Assembly (NCBI GenBank): GCA_951406725.2
Contig: OX597815.1
Coordinates: 21,886,001 to 21,950,000 of the forward strand
Source: Octopus vulgaris
Lineage: Eukaryota
DNA: 64,000 nucleotides
Direction: 5' to 3'
How positions within the stretch are numbered: position 1 is the stretch's first letter; each line of letters opens with the position of its first letter. The position numbers and the translations under genes were made by a program. Positions 26,661 to 41,400 of this stretch are shown piece by piece. The notes under the pieces were generated by a model. That model was not told where the DNA came from, made no database searches, and worked only from the letters and a program-made list of their open reading frames with translations.

Positions 26661-27565
26661 GTGCGCGCGCATACACAGAGATAGATATAGATATATGTAT
26701 GCATATATTAGAATAATCAGAAAACCAATTACAGATATTTCGAATGCTCTTAATACTTATGTTTAGAAAGGTTACCCGAGAAATTATTACGTAGATACAC
26801 TCACTTCTCTTCTGTCATTACTAGTAAAATACATTGGTGGAACCTCCTTTGTCCTACTATATACCAGACCCAATAAGAGAGGTCATAGAAAACCATGGAA
26901 AAACGAAATCATCGAAAGAAAGATAGAAAGACAAAAATTTGTGAGGCTGTAACTGTACATGTATCCAAATGAAGGCGATTCAATCAGATTTCTATTAACT
27001 TTTCATCAACCGTTTGCACCCCTGACAACAAGGTTTTATTGGTTAGAACTGCCCAGTACGTCACGCTGCTCATTTATTCTCAACTGGTTTATAATAATCA
27101 TGGTTATTATCGTAGTGATCTTAGAGGATTAGAACGAGACAGGTTGTATTCGTTTCATACATTAGATTTTGGCATGCAATTGACTGGCATTTCGGCGCCA
27201 TTAGAGCAGTTGCGCTTTTTGGTAATACATTTGTCTCTGGCAATGCCATCCAACTTCTATAAATATATATGCATACATACATGCGTGTAAATGTGTGTGT
27301 GTGTGTGTGTATGTGTGTCCATGTGTGCGCGTGTGCTTCGATACATATAAGAAGAAAGTCATAGATAGGCATATAAACATATCAAGATTTCTAGACTGAC
27401 AGATAAATACAGAAATAATAATATCAAGTGTAAAAACAGTAGATAAATACATTCCATTATGATTTAATATTTTTGTCTGTCGAAGTGCACACATACATAT
27501 AAATAGGTATACATGTGTATATGTTTGTAGGCGTATATATATATATATAGATATACATATATATA

Positions 27566-27622
<57 letters not shown>

Positions 27623-27667
27623 GTATATATATATGTATATATATATATGTATATATATATACATATA

Positions 27668-27771
<104 letters not shown>

Positions 27772-27779
27772 AATATATG

Positions 27780-27819
<40 letters not shown>

Positions 27820-28100
27820 TCTATGTATGTATACACTTGTGCATATTTGTATAAAAGCGTGTATGCATGCGTGTAAGTGTGTTAATGTGTATTAGTGTAC
27901 GCCGCATTTCTACACAGATACGCTTGCATACAACAGATTCACAAAAGTATTTGACTTTAGACGCAAACATTTAAAAGAAAGAGACGTAATATTGGTGAAT
28001 AGATGAAAAATCAACTGTCAAATATTAAGTTAAACAAATGAAATCGTTATCGAAACCTGATTTACGACCTGAATTGTAATTCTTTTATCGTACGTTGCAG

Positions 28101-28179
28101 GATTTAATCGGAGACAGCTGATAAAACCATCAAGTTGGATTAATGCGAACTGTAACCCTTTCTACCTCAAGCTGGAAAA
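28101..28179 (+). other. Candidate internal exon (79 nt)
   Basis: TTCTTTTATCGTACGTTGCAG|G acceptor and AA|GTGAGT donor. One open frame FNRRQLIKPSSWINANCNPFYLKLE. No recognised homology. Confidence 0.35.
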
Positions 28180-28308
28180 GTGAGTATTGCAAAGTTTAGA
28201 TTTTGTTGAATGTACTGTGATGTGTTCAAAAGATGTTATACTTCATAAAATAAACATTAAACATGAATTCTGGTCAAGTGTTTGGAGGACATTATTACAC
28301 AATTAGAA

Positions 28309-28524
28309 GGCGGCGAGCTGGCAGAAACGTTAGCACGCCGGGCGAAATGCGTAGCCGTATTTCGTCTGCCGTTAGGTTCTGAGTTCAAATTCTGCCGAGG
28401 TCAACTTTGCCTTTCATCCTCTCGGGGTCGATAAATTAAGTACCAGTTTCGCACTGGGGTCGGTGTAATCGACTTAATTCGTTTGTCTGTCCTTGTTTAG
28501 CCCCTTGTGGGTAGTAAAGAAATA
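28309..28524 (+). mobile_element. SINE family A monomer inserted at the 5' end of an older family-A copy (28543-28757)
   Basis: Duplication ATTATTAYACAATTAGAAGG on both sides. The older diverged copy follows immediately. Confidence 0.88.
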
Positions 28525-31500
28525 ATTATTATACAATTAGAAGGTGGCGAGCTGGCAAAATCGTCACTGTGCCGGACAAAATCATCGGCGTCATTTCTTT
28601 CGGCTTTACGTTCTGAGTTCAAATGCCGGCGTTGCTGACTTCGCCTTTCATCCTTTCGGCATCAATAAGATAAGTACCAGTTGAGCACTGGGGTCAATGT
28701 AATCGACTAGCTCCCCCGCTTAAAATTTCAGGCATTGTGCCAATAGTAGAAAGGATTATTATAAACAAGTATATAGCCCCGAAGTGAGCGACCGTTATGT
28801 AACTAACTATGGGTAGTCTTTTACAAAGACATTACCTTGGTATATTAAATATAAATAATTATTGTAATCTCTATTACTATAATTAATGTCATAATTTTCA
28901 TCCACAGCATCACTTTCTCTATTTCCTATAATTTAGATTACCGTTCTCTTCAGGTTTGATTAAATAAGTACAGACATTTTCCAGGAATCTGTTCAGTCGT
29001 CTCTGTTTGGCTTCGGGAAAATTATTAATATTTCTCACGATTTAAAGTTACTATTGTCATTATATCAATTTCCAATCGAAAGTATTCCAAATATTTCCAT
29101 TAGTATATTGAAACACAGTATGAAGTCATGGCCTTCTCTTTTTTATCCCCTAAAATGGACCTTGACTCCATACTGATGTAAACAACGTATGATTCTGAGG
29201 TTAAAAATAGCTATGTGGTTTCGGTTTCTATTTCACTAATCGCACTTTGAGCATCACCTTGTTCCATAGCTTCGGATCAACCAAAGCCATGTCAGAAGAA
29301 ATGGTTGACAGAAACTGTGTCGAATCTTATCAAAGAAAATGATTTTGCTCTTCGATGGCAGATTTCTCAGCTATTTTAACACTATCACTTGGTCATTGGG
29401 TGCCTTTAGAAGATACCACTACGTTGCAATCATTCAAGCCAGGCCACTGATCTTAAAGATAATTTCCCCAATAGTCGCAGGGGTTCGAAAATTATAATGG
29501 ACGCTGCCGTCACCTTCTCTGATGGGGACATTATGTATCAATTATAGAAAATGCAAATAGATTGAGGAAGATTTATAATATATGATAAGTGATCATGTTT
29601 TTTTTTATAGCAAGTTTGATGATTATTTATTAGAGGATTATGTAATACAATAATAATCATATTCATCGTCCTATTCAAAATAGTTTTTACACTGATAAAG
29701 AAAGTCCTACAAAATACCTGACACCTCCAAAACTAGGTATCATCAACATTTTAATATATGAAAAAAATATAAAACACATATCCTTTGTCTTATACATTGA
29801 AACAGAACGCGTGATTCTGGGATCACTAGATTACTATCACTGGTAGATAGTTTCGAAAATTTAACTACAGTAAAATTATGTATACTACTTGAGGTATATC
29901 AACAACAAAAAAAAAAAGGAGTGAAACAAAATTGTTACAAATAACGCTTTTCAGACTTCAGAAGTAATGAGTTGTAATTGATAAATGTTCAGAATGTCTG
30001 AAATATTCGTTTAAGAGGAAGGTCTTAACTGTCTGTATTAATATCCGTCTACAAGATAGCTTTAACAGTTAAGATTACAGATTATGGTGATTTATATAAA
30101 GTTAACTATTTAGGCAGATATGTGATGTTTCAAATGCAAGATAAATACACATGTATATCTATATACATTCATGTCTGTATATGTGATGTGTTTAAGTGAT
30201 AGAAAGAAATTTAGGTAGACACTTAAGTTGTCAGGTTTCAAGGTAGGCAGTCGAATAAACAGAAAGTTATAGAGTATTGGACTGCCAAATTGGAAATAAA
30301 ACTTTGATCAGGATTCTCATACGAATGAACCATCAAATTAAAGATTATTTGAGTGAAAACGACAATAAATCTTGTACTGTCCGATTGAAAAGTTTTACTA
30401 ATGACTAGTCGGCACACCCACGGAAAGAATAATAATTTAAGACGAAGTTTCATGCAGCAAGAATTACATAAAACACTGTCATTAGAAAATATATCAAATA
30501 TGAAATGTGAAGAAAATCGAGTTATTTGAACCTTATTTTAATTTGCTGAAGAACAGGAATTGGTAGAAGAAAAGTGTTGAGAGGAGAAAAAGGGTTTAGC
30601 TTCTGTGCGTATTGATACAATCATAAATAGGCAAATATTCGATGACTCATTCTGGTGTTATTATTCTTAGTCATGTAGCTATTATAGTTACAAAGCTTTA
30701 GATAGCCTAGCTTGAGCTGACCTGTGACACAGACAGAACCGATTGAATCTTCAAAGGAAATCATAAACAAAATACGCAATGCGTTTTTGTCCATATATCT
30801 CAGTATGTTAGTCTATTGAGGAATTATTCACAATATATTCTTGCTGAAGCAAAATGCATTCATTCACTCCTTTGTTATTGAATTTGGTTTGTATGACACT
30901 GGACATCTTGTCTTTGAACATGTCTTTTGAAATTAGGATTTGGACATGTGATCTCTGAGTTTAAGGCAGCATAGATTTGTTTGTAGAGAGATTAAGCCGT
31001 TACAATTGCAAGACTGATTGACTTTTTGTTCGTTATGTTGTGAACTGAATTTGCGATACAAGATAAGGTAGTGCATACAATATTATTAGGGAAAACATTT
31101 CGGATAACATAAAACATTTTCATGAATATGAAACAATCTTTAAAATAACTATTCTTTCTTAAATATGTCACACAAAAAAAAAGACGAATACACATGAACA
31201 AGTATTAACTATATTATTCTGTATGATGCATATTCTTTTTTAACAGAAGCATACAGAAAAAAACTTGTAAGATTTATATAATAAACTCATCGAATCAGCC
31301 GATCCCGCCTCATCGAAAAAACGTATATTTCATAAGGTGTCAAGAAGAACCTTGTACAAGCGTGCAGGAATATTACAGATGAGAGACAGTATATAAGTGG
31401 ACGAACATTAAATTCACATTAAAACCCATATTACAGAAAGGAAGCCGATATGATTATCAAATAATTTTAATGGTGGTTTATTTTCCAAACGAAAAATGCT

Positions 31501-32341
31501 GACAACTCAACACATCCAATTAGACTAACGTTAAATTTACTGAACTAGTTAGCGAGCAGGGTTGTAAACTTTGAGACGTACTGCTACTGACCCACTCTTA
31601 GAAAGACTATTTGTTTTTATATGGGTTAGATAGAGAAAGAAATGTAGAAAGAGGTAAAGTTGCCTTCAAAAAGGAAACCATATTCAGATACATACAACAA
31701 AGTGGTTGCGCTGAAGGCACACACAGATCTGGTGTTGGTGTTAAAATGTAAGGGATTAAGACTGCTTTTTGCAAGAGTATTTCGTCACTCGCTTTATCAA
31801 CTGGTTCATCTAAGCCCTCAAGAAACGAGGGCATGTCATTAATGAGGTCGTAATTGACGACGAACAGACGCTGGTTTTAGCAGACCAGCTTATCGATAGA
31901 GTGATTGATCGTTTAACCAAAACGTCAGTCAGTTAACTGGTTATCGAATTGACTAATAATAATAAAAAGAAGTGAAAGAGAACCAGTGCATGTCTTTCTT
32001 ATATTGGCAAAATGATCCTCTAAAGATATAACGCTACATTTTACATCTGAGTTCAGTTCTTGTTTCTGAATTTCATCCACAGTGTTCATGGATATTCTGG
32101 TCCATAAACTTGGGAAGTATTATGGCGACAAAAGATTTTCTCTTCATTCCGCGTATATAGTTTCGCTCGAAGAAAATACAATAAATAACAATTGAATCGA
32201 TGCAGAAAATAAATGCACGAAGGAAAATACAATAAGAAAACACTGGGAGTACTTGAGTTAAATACGTTGAGATTGAGAAGAAAAAGAAATTCGAGATATG
32301 AAGTGACGGCAAAATTGTGTGCGTGCGTACGCGCGGTGTGC

Positions 32342-32382
<41 letters not shown>

Positions 32383-33017
32383 ATTGTGTTTAGAAAATAG
32401 TCTTTAAAGAGTTAACAACGGGGATAAATTGGGTAAATCATTATAAAAGAATATTCGTTGTTAAAAACGTGAATAAAACTGACACGAAAATAACTTACCG
32501 GTTATAAATTCCGGCGCCTTTTATTGTTAGCGGTTTCGAATTGTTTTCAATTTTCTCTTTCTCCTATCTTCGCTCTCTCCTATCTTCTCCTCCTCTTTTC
32601 TTCGCTCTCTTCATTAGCCTCATAAAGTAGCTTTTTATTTCAGATATTATTTCGTTTTCTTTTCGGTAAACGAAGTGTTAAAGGCAAACAATAGAATGAA
32701 AAGGAGAAAGTAGCTGAATCAAGAGATATGGTAGACGATAAATTAATTGACACTCTCTCTTATATGCAAAATTTATCTATATATCTATCTGCATTTATGC
32801 CTATTAATATATGTCTGTGTATGTATTCGTCCATCCATCCACCCATCCGTGCACCCATCAATCCATCCATTCATGTATATGCGTATGTATGTACGTATGT
32901 GTGTTTATATATATATATATGTATATATATATTTATATCAGCATTGCCACAGCTCTGAGCTGAAATTAGAGTGAATAAAAATATATATAATGAATTTAAA
33001 TTCACACACACACAGAG

Positions 33018-33049
<32 letters not shown>

Positions 33050-33075
33050 TTAATCTATCTATCTATCAATCTATC

Positions 33076-33275
33076 TTTTTTCCCTTTTTTCTTTTTTTTC
33101 TTTTCTTTTCCTTTTTTTTCTTTTTTCTTTTGTTTTTTCTTTTCCTTTTTTTTTCTCTTTTACGATCCCTTTTGATCGAAAACCTACGCCACTTTTTTTT
33201 CTTCTCCCCCAAAAGAAAAGCTCTACCTTGTAACTTGTCCCATCTGTGTGTAGCTCTGTGTGGCCAATAAAGAAA
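33076..33275 (+). mobile_element. LINE-like 3' UTR end sharing the SINE-A tail
   Basis: Last 41 nt match the family-A tail (35/41 versus 2216-2256), but the upstream sequence is unrelated to the SINE body. Flanked by (TATC)/(TC)/(TA) repeats. Confidence 0.55.
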
Positions 33276-33276
33276 C

Positions 33277-33366
<90 letters not shown>

Positions 33367-34607
33367 GTCTATCTAAGTCAGTCTTTAACAGATTTTCTGT
33401 ATACATATGTGAATGCTTTTATATATACTTTTAAATACCGACGAAAGTATACATTCTTCATTTAATTGAAATGCCTTGAGTCATCCTCCAAGATACGAAC
33501 TATCGGTTGCTATTGAGGTAAAATTTGAAAATTGAGTAAGTTTTGCGTATTTTTAGTATTGCAACTAATCAATATATTATGTTGAATTCGGATCAGTCGT
33601 TAATCTTCTTTCTTTTTAAAATGCCAGCTTTCTCAAAACTACTGCATAAAATATTAAGAAATGTAACAAAGTGGGCCATTATTAGTCTGAACTTGAAGTT
33701 ATAATCAGATTATAATACGTTCAGTTTCTCTATAAGCTGACCATAAATATCTTCATGTTCACAGATATTTGATATGATATCCAGATCATCCAACCTAGAG
33801 ATCATTACAGTCTCCATAGCAATTTAATTTTTGTACTATAGTCCGTTCTAAAATTGTATTGTTTTCCTTGCCCTGGTCTGAAAGTAGGAGTTGTATCCAT
33901 TCTCTTTGAGGGCCTCCAAGAGTAGTAAGATCGAAGCAGATAATATTTCTTCTGATGTTATGAGTTCAGTTTCTCTCTTAATATTCCATCAATATCCTTT
34001 GTCTACTGAGATATAGATACGTTTGTGTTCACTAATTTACTTCTAGCGGACTCCCTCTTTCACATGGATCATGTTGGAAAGTTCTTTTTCTACAAAGTTA
34101 TAACTGAAAGGAAGATATACATTGCTGGGATGTTCGGTTATTTGCTTTTTATGAAACCATATCCACGTCAATTTATTATTGTTAGCACTGCATTGCAAGT
34201 TTTATCTTCTTTCAAAACAACTTTGGTTTTGTATGACAAATCAGTATATCTCAGAATGTTGGATAATATAAATAACAACATCATTATAATCCCTTGAAAT
34301 TGAGAATGATTGTCTTTCAGATAAGGAATTGCTGGTGTGTGAATGAAGTGGGTGTATTAAGTTCGGTCTTAGAGATCCCCTGAAACTGGGTGGGATTAGT
34401 TCGGAAGGGAGAGGGAATTTCGACAGTTGGAGTCGTTTCTCTAACTCCTGGTCTCACAATCCTTTTGACAGGATGATTCAAAGTGGTCCACTTCTTGATG
34501 AATGATAAAATATCAGGTTGTCATGCCATGACCGAAGGCTTCCAAGATCTGAGACAGATAAGGAAGATAAGACGAATAAGGAAGATAAGGCGGATGATAA
34601 GTGTTGC

Positions 34608-34930
34608 CTTCTGGACGTCCTCGAGGCGCTTCAGCAAGTTTCCATTTCTTTGTTTTCCTTGTCACAACTGGACGTAAGGATTTTGCTTGGGAAGTTGGTG
34701 GTCTTTCATTCGAAATACATGTTCTATACACCGAAGGCTGTTCATTTTGTTGGTTACTTCGACGCTGATGGTCTCTACCTTTTTGAGCATGTTATATCCA
34801 TTTTGTAGTCCCCGCCCAGCTATCTTGAGGGTATTCCTGAGGCAACGCTAATAAAGGCATTCCATATTTAGAAAGATATCAACGTTAGATGACTCAAGTT
34901 TCTTATGCATGCACAAGGTCAGGAATAGGA
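34608..34930 (-). pseudogene. RTE-clade LINE ORF C-terminal remnant
   Basis: Minus-strand frames give RCLRNTLKI..RDY and MLKKVETISVE..LRCIEHVFRMKDHQLPKQ..GKQRNG..KRLED, the RTE C-terminal signature. Confidence 0.75.
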
Positions 34931-36254
34931 ACTGACTCATACGTGAATAAATTCGCATCAGTCCGGATGTCTCGGTTCTGAAAAGTTTGCAATCGAACGT
35001 GACCTAAGGCATGAATTTAGGAAACGATGTTAGTGGTAATCGAGATTTGGCTTTTCAGTTAAAGTTCTTGATAGTATCGAGTATCAAGCTAAAGTTCTTG
35101 TAGTATCGAGTTGGTTACTTTCGAGGTTAGAGGCAGGCAATCAAGGGCTGACCCTTCCTGGTGTTGGTTGAATCAGGATCTGAGTTTTACTCAGACTAAT
35201 GAAGAACCTCATCTTGTACGATATATTTAGGGCATAAGTGATGTAATGAAGTCGGTAAAATAAAGTAACAGTCAAGGGCTGAGGTCCAAGGCATTAACTA
35301 ACGTTCTCCTTTCAAAAAGCGAGCTTTATGCCTAAGTTAGAGACAATTATTATAAAGTCTTAGACTAGAAAGCAGTGGAATGATGAAGGTAGAGCAGTAA
35401 ACTGAATACCTTGCAGTATTCACACCAATCCCTATAAATCCGGGTTTAAATCACGCCGAAGCAACTTCCACTTTTGTTCTTTACTCTTCCATAAGTCGCT
35501 AAGAGAAGTACCAAGAGAATAATTTCGTCGACTTCATCGACTATATAACCACTTTTTTACAAATACGTGAACTTGCACCAACGTAAATTATTTCTGGGGG
35601 CAGTAATGTCATCACAGAAAGAAAGGTGGGCAAGTGCGTCTCGCATGCAAAGCTTGAACTTATACATTTTTTTAGGTGAAATCTTGCAGAACTCGGTTTT
35701 GCAGTGTTTTAGAATGCGGTAAAATTCAGTCATTTTCATATTTCGGCCGAACAAAGCCTCATCATGTGTTTTATAAAAGGAAAAAGTCACCTTATTCGTT
35801 TGAAAAAGACCCACGTTAGCAATCTAATTACAAATTTGGGTGTAACCTATTTCAGCTTATTTTAACAAACATAAACATCTAAATATTTATATTAGACGTC
35901 CCTAAAATGATACGGTATTGTGTTTAGGCAAAGGCTGTCATTACATTGTGTTTCTCAAAGGCTGTTATTACTTTCGAGACAGTACTTCTTGATACACCAA
36001 ACACTCCGTCTGTTTTCGTTATGCTAGTGCCTGCCATACGAGCACCACCAATTTGACCTCTTTGAAAGTCCGATAGATCTGTTATTTTAATGAATTTTAA
36101 TTACCTTTTTCTGATGATATCTGAAAAGAAACAGCAATTTTAGCAAATCATACTAAGCAATACTAATAATAAATCAAAAAACAAAATAAACAAGCTTTTG
36201 ACGATTTTATAGATATTTCAAAATTATGATGCTATTATTTTGTCCATCCCCTGT

Positions 36255-36308
<54 letters not shown>

Positions 36309-36327
36309 GGGTGTGTGTGTGTGTGAA

Positions 36328-36727
<400 letters not shown>

Positions 36728-38316
36728 CAGACAGACAGAGAGAGACAGAAAGAAAGATAGAGATAAATAGATAGATAAATATTTATGTATTCATATGCGC
36801 ATAACAGTGTGAATTTCATAATGTAATTAAGTGTGCATGTGTGTATGATGTTGGATTTGTCCTGGGGTGCAACTTACCTAAGCCTAGATTACGAACCCAT
36901 ACAGCATGTTAGAACAAAGCTCGTGTATAGAGAAACAAAAGGAAAAACAAAGCAAAATCAGCTTCAAATAAATGAAAGGTCACAGTTCAGTTGAATTAAA
37001 TGAAAGCCCGGATTCATTGGTGTGGATAAGGTATTTTTCTTTACCCCTAATTTGTTGTGTTTCTATCAAAATATTTCACCCACACTCATTTTCACTTGCA
37101 TGGGAATAGACCTGATTTAAAAAGCTTGGATTATCCAAGACAAAGGCTAGTATTTAACAATCAGAGGTTAAACGATTTATTAATTGGTAGAAGTTTGGTA
37201 GGGGATATATTATACTGGTGTTATTAAAAATGGAGCATAATGAATACACGAGATAATGGCTGAATGAATAAACACTACTGACGAAAATTACAGCTGAATA
37301 AAATAAAGGGATATATAGAATAAGGGTGAAAAAAGAACGAATCATAAGCTATGATTTTCGCTTTGTTATATTTTTCTTAACAACTTTACCATTCATACAA
37401 TAATTTGCTTTGGTAATTGTATGAACTAGATTTTTCACAGTGATCTTTTATTGAAGCATTTTCATCGTCGAATCAATTCATCTTATGTGTATTTGGCAGA
37501 TTAAGCATACACTAGGATCTGACAAAAAGATTTTCAAGGCAGAGGGGTGAAGAGGTGTCTTGCAAAATTAGGTTAGTACTACAAACTATTGCCCCTGCAA
37601 CTATTCATTATTATTATTATTGCTCTTATTACTTTAATTGCTCTGCTTGCTACAACTTTTGCTTTCGTTGCCGTTATGATTGTTGTTATTTTATGTCGGT
37701 ATCTTTGAAGTTTATTTGAAATTCCCATTGTGTGAAACATCTATTGTGGAAGATATCTCGAACTTCATTCAGAATCAATGTTTTTAACAATCATAAAAAA
37801 ATAGGCTAGTCAACGTAAACTTCTTTTCATGTCTTATCAAATTTTGGTGCCGTTGGAGATTTGCCTATCAAACGATACATCTAAGCTCACCATAGCAAGT
37901 TTATATAAAGATATATAAATGTCTCGTTATCTCTATTTCATAGCTCTGAAATTACTGTCGTATTTTGTACAATAAACCGTTTCATGTGTATTAGACACAG
38001 TTAGCACTCCTTGAAATTCTCGTCATATGTACTCGTATATTTTGTACTTTAATATGCAAACTAAACTGTCACACTTCATAAATCCGCGCATATCGTTGCC
38101 TGTTCACTCTTTTACTGTAGTATATCATCTATATATGAAATTTATATTCAATTCTTATGTAACATATTCTATCGTTTACAGCCATCATAGACAATTCTTC
38201 TGATATAAATATCAATCGCAATTAAATAAGCATAGCAATAACAGGATTGTGATACATACATACACACATACAAACATACATACGTACATACATACATACA
38301 TACATACATACATACA

Positions 38317-38347
<31 letters not shown>

Positions 38348-38880
38348 GCATACATACATTCACCTATACGCATATATATATATATATATATATATAACAT
38401 ACACACACACACAAATAGATGTACGCAGACATACAAATACGATGCATTTTTCCTCCATTTACGTTACATCACTGAAACCACATCTTACCTTTACACTTTT
38501 TAGTTATTTTTTTTTACTCGAAATCACACCAAAGAAGGACTATATGAAATTATAACAATGACGCGTTTTTTGCAACGTATTATGTAACAATGCAAAACAA
38601 ATTTACTAACAAAAATAGAACAGATATAACATTCAGTAACACACACGAATCACACAAACAGTGTACTTTATGAACCAAATGCACTCCAGTTATGGAATGG
38701 GGAAATAAGTAATAAAAACAGAACTCAACATGCATCACATCTTACCAGACACCAACAGTGAATATACAGAGAAGGCAAAACTTGATACAGCTTAGTATCA
38801 GTGACAATTAGTGACAAGCTATGTATAGAACATTTCGTCCCAGGCTTTAATAATACAGTGCTGATTCTGGAATATATATA

Positions 38881-40165
38881 TAGGGTCGTACTATGAATAA
38901 TGCGGTTTTTTAAATACTTTTTTTATTTTTCAAAATTGAGATAAACAAAGTTCCTTTTTAATCTAAAATATATTCTCCTTCATTTTCTACACTGCTCTTT
39001 CATCTATCCAATAGACTTGCACGATCCCTTTTCCAAAATTCACTTGTCCATGAGGAAAAATGCTCCTCCAGTACTGCTCTGACTTCGTCTACAGAATTCC
39101 TATTTTTTCTGTCCAAATGATTTTGAAGCCTGCGGAATAAATGATAATCAGATGGAGCAAAGTCCGGCAAATATGGTGAGTGGGGCATCGTTTCCCATTT
39201 AAACTGCTCGAGCTTTTGGAATGTCATCCTAGCTGTATGTGGCTGAGCATTATCCTGATGGAAAACTACCTTTTGTCTTGAAACCAAAGATGGTAGTTTT
39301 TCTTTTAGTGCTGACTGAAGCCGCTCAAGCTGCTCACAGTAGATCTTTGTTATTGTTTGGTTTGAATTTAAAAGTTCAAAGTGGACTAAACCTTTCATAT
39401 CCCACCAAAGAGATAACAACACCTTATGTCGGTGAAAACCTTCTTTAGCCTGGGGTGCCGGTGTTTCTCCTTTCCCCACCTACTATCTTAGGTGCTTGAC
39501 ATTTTTATAGAGAACCTATTTCTCGTTGCCAGTCACTATTCGGTCCAACAAAGTTTCATTGGTAAGACGTGACAGCAAAGAAGAGCACATATTTACTCTC
39601 TGCGAGCGATTAGACTCGGAAAATTTGTGAGGAACCCATTGATCCAATTTGCTAATTTTTCTGATGGCAGGCAGGTGTCGATGAATGGTTAAATGACCAA
39701 ATTGAAGCTTCTCTGTTAGTTCCTCAACAGTTATGATGAGATTTTGTTCCACCAGGGTTTGCAGGACGTCCTCGTCGAGCTCTACAGATCTTCCAGGACG
39801 AGGCTCGTCTTCTAGGTTGTAGTTTCCGGCTCGGAATTTCTGGAGCCACTGTTAACACTGGCTTATGCTTATTGTCCGATCCCCATATACTGCATTATAT
39901 TCCTCGCCCTTTCCGTTGCGTTGTTGCCCTTATTGAACTCATAAAGCAAAATATAATGGATATACTCCTTTGTCACCTCCATTACAGCTTTGAAACAATA
40001 ACTGTTAAAATCAAACTGCACTCTTCAACAGCTGCACTAAGAATAAGTATAGGGTAAAATCACTGCCTGCTTTTATAGCAAGTTGATGCAGGTAGTTTAT
40101 CCCGTCCCCCTCCGGCTTTTAGCCCATGCAATTGAAAAAACCCGCAATATTTATGGGATGACCTA
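38881..40165 (-). mobile_element. Full-length mariner (DD34D) transposon, inactive
   Basis: About 1285 bp, with imperfect ~30-bp TIRs (TAGGGTCGTACTATGAATAATGCGG / CCGCAATATTTATGGGATGACCTA) flanked by TA. Transposase from ATG 39982 has WVPHKF, IVTGNEK (D to N), FHQDNAQPH and YLPDFAPSDYHLF, plus stops and frameshifts. Confidence 0.95.
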
Positions 40166-40277
40166 TACGTGTGTGTGTGTGTGTTAATAAAATGATTATT
40201 ATTTGTTAGTGTGTTGAAGGTGGGATTTTTTTTAATATAGTGTCTTGTAGGGAAGTTTGAAAGTTATAAATGTATAT

Positions 40278-40509
40278 ATATTTCTTTACTGCCCACAAGG
40301 GGCTAAACATAGAGGGGACAAACAAGGACATACAAAGGGATTAAGTTGATTACATCAACCCCAGTGCGTAACTGGTACTTAATTTATCGACCCCGAAAGG
40401 ATGAAAGGCAAAGTCGACCTCGGCGGAATTTGAACTCAGAACGTAACGACAGACGAAATACCGCTAAGTATTTCGCCCAGCGCGCTAACGCTTCTGCCAG
40501 CTCGCCGCC
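40278..40509 (-). mobile_element. SINE family A monomer
   Basis: Full copy with TSD TTATAAATGTATATA. Confidence 0.92.
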
Positions 40510-41026
40510 TTATAAATGTATATAAGTTACTGATCTTATTTTTATGCTAATGTTCTCAAATCAGGCCGGGCATAAATTATTTATTGGTACTTATTGTGTA
40601 AGTCCTGTAGCATATTGTCGCATACATACACATGCAAACACCTAGACGTAAACATGCAAGCACATACACACACATATGCATACATACTTGTACAGGTACA
40701 AGTAAATATGTGAGCACATGCACGCTCATGCACATATTTGTACATGTGCACACGCGTACATAAACGGACACATAAATGCATATTTACGTATAGATACTTA
40801 TCATACAAGAACTCTCTCACAGGTGTCAACACATATACACGCACGAACACTTCTACACAAATATTTATATATACAAGCAGGCACTTATACACCCACACAC
40901 ACACACATACACACACACACTCGAGCGCACACACACGCATATTTACAAGTCTTTATGCATGTATGTGTGTGTGAATGTAGGTGAGAGAGTGTATGTGTGT
41001 TGAAATATGTTAAATGTTAAACTAAG

Positions 41027-41086
41027 GGAGAGAGAGAGAGAGGGGAGAGAGAATGAAAGAGAGAGAGAGAGGAGAGAGAGAATGAA

Positions 41087-41131
<45 letters not shown>

Positions 41132-41400
41132 GAGGAGAGAGAGAATGAAGGAGAGAGAGAATGAAGGAGAGAGAGAGGAGAGAGAGAATGAAAGAGAGAG
41201 AGAGAAGAGAGAGAGAATAAGAAGAGAGAGAGAGAGGAGAGAGAGAATAAGAAAGAGAGAGAGAGGAGAGAGAGAATGAAAGAGAGAGAGAGAGAGAGAG
41301 AGAATGAGAGAGAGAGAATGAAAGAGAGAGAGGAGAGAGAGAATAAGAAAGAGAGAGAGAGAGAGAAAGAGAGTGAAAGAGAAAGTGTTAGAGAGAGAGA
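41027..41400. repeat. GA-rich compound microsatellite with recurring GAATGAAA/GAATAAGA units
   Basis: Direct inspection. Confidence 0.9.

Noticed and set aside
31838-31866. Hammerhead-like TTAATGA-GGTCGT/ACGAC-GAAC (also CTGATGAGGTC at 14230)
   Set aside because: Core is incomplete and there is no stem I or III.
31924-32090. Minus-strand short ORF MNTVDEIQKQELNSDVKCSVISLEDHF...
   Set aside because: About 55 codons, with no recognisable homology or convincing splice context.
39000-39752. Active or domesticated (SETMAR-like) transposase
   Set aside because: First catalytic D is N, there are in-frame stops and frameshifts, and TIRs are diverged.
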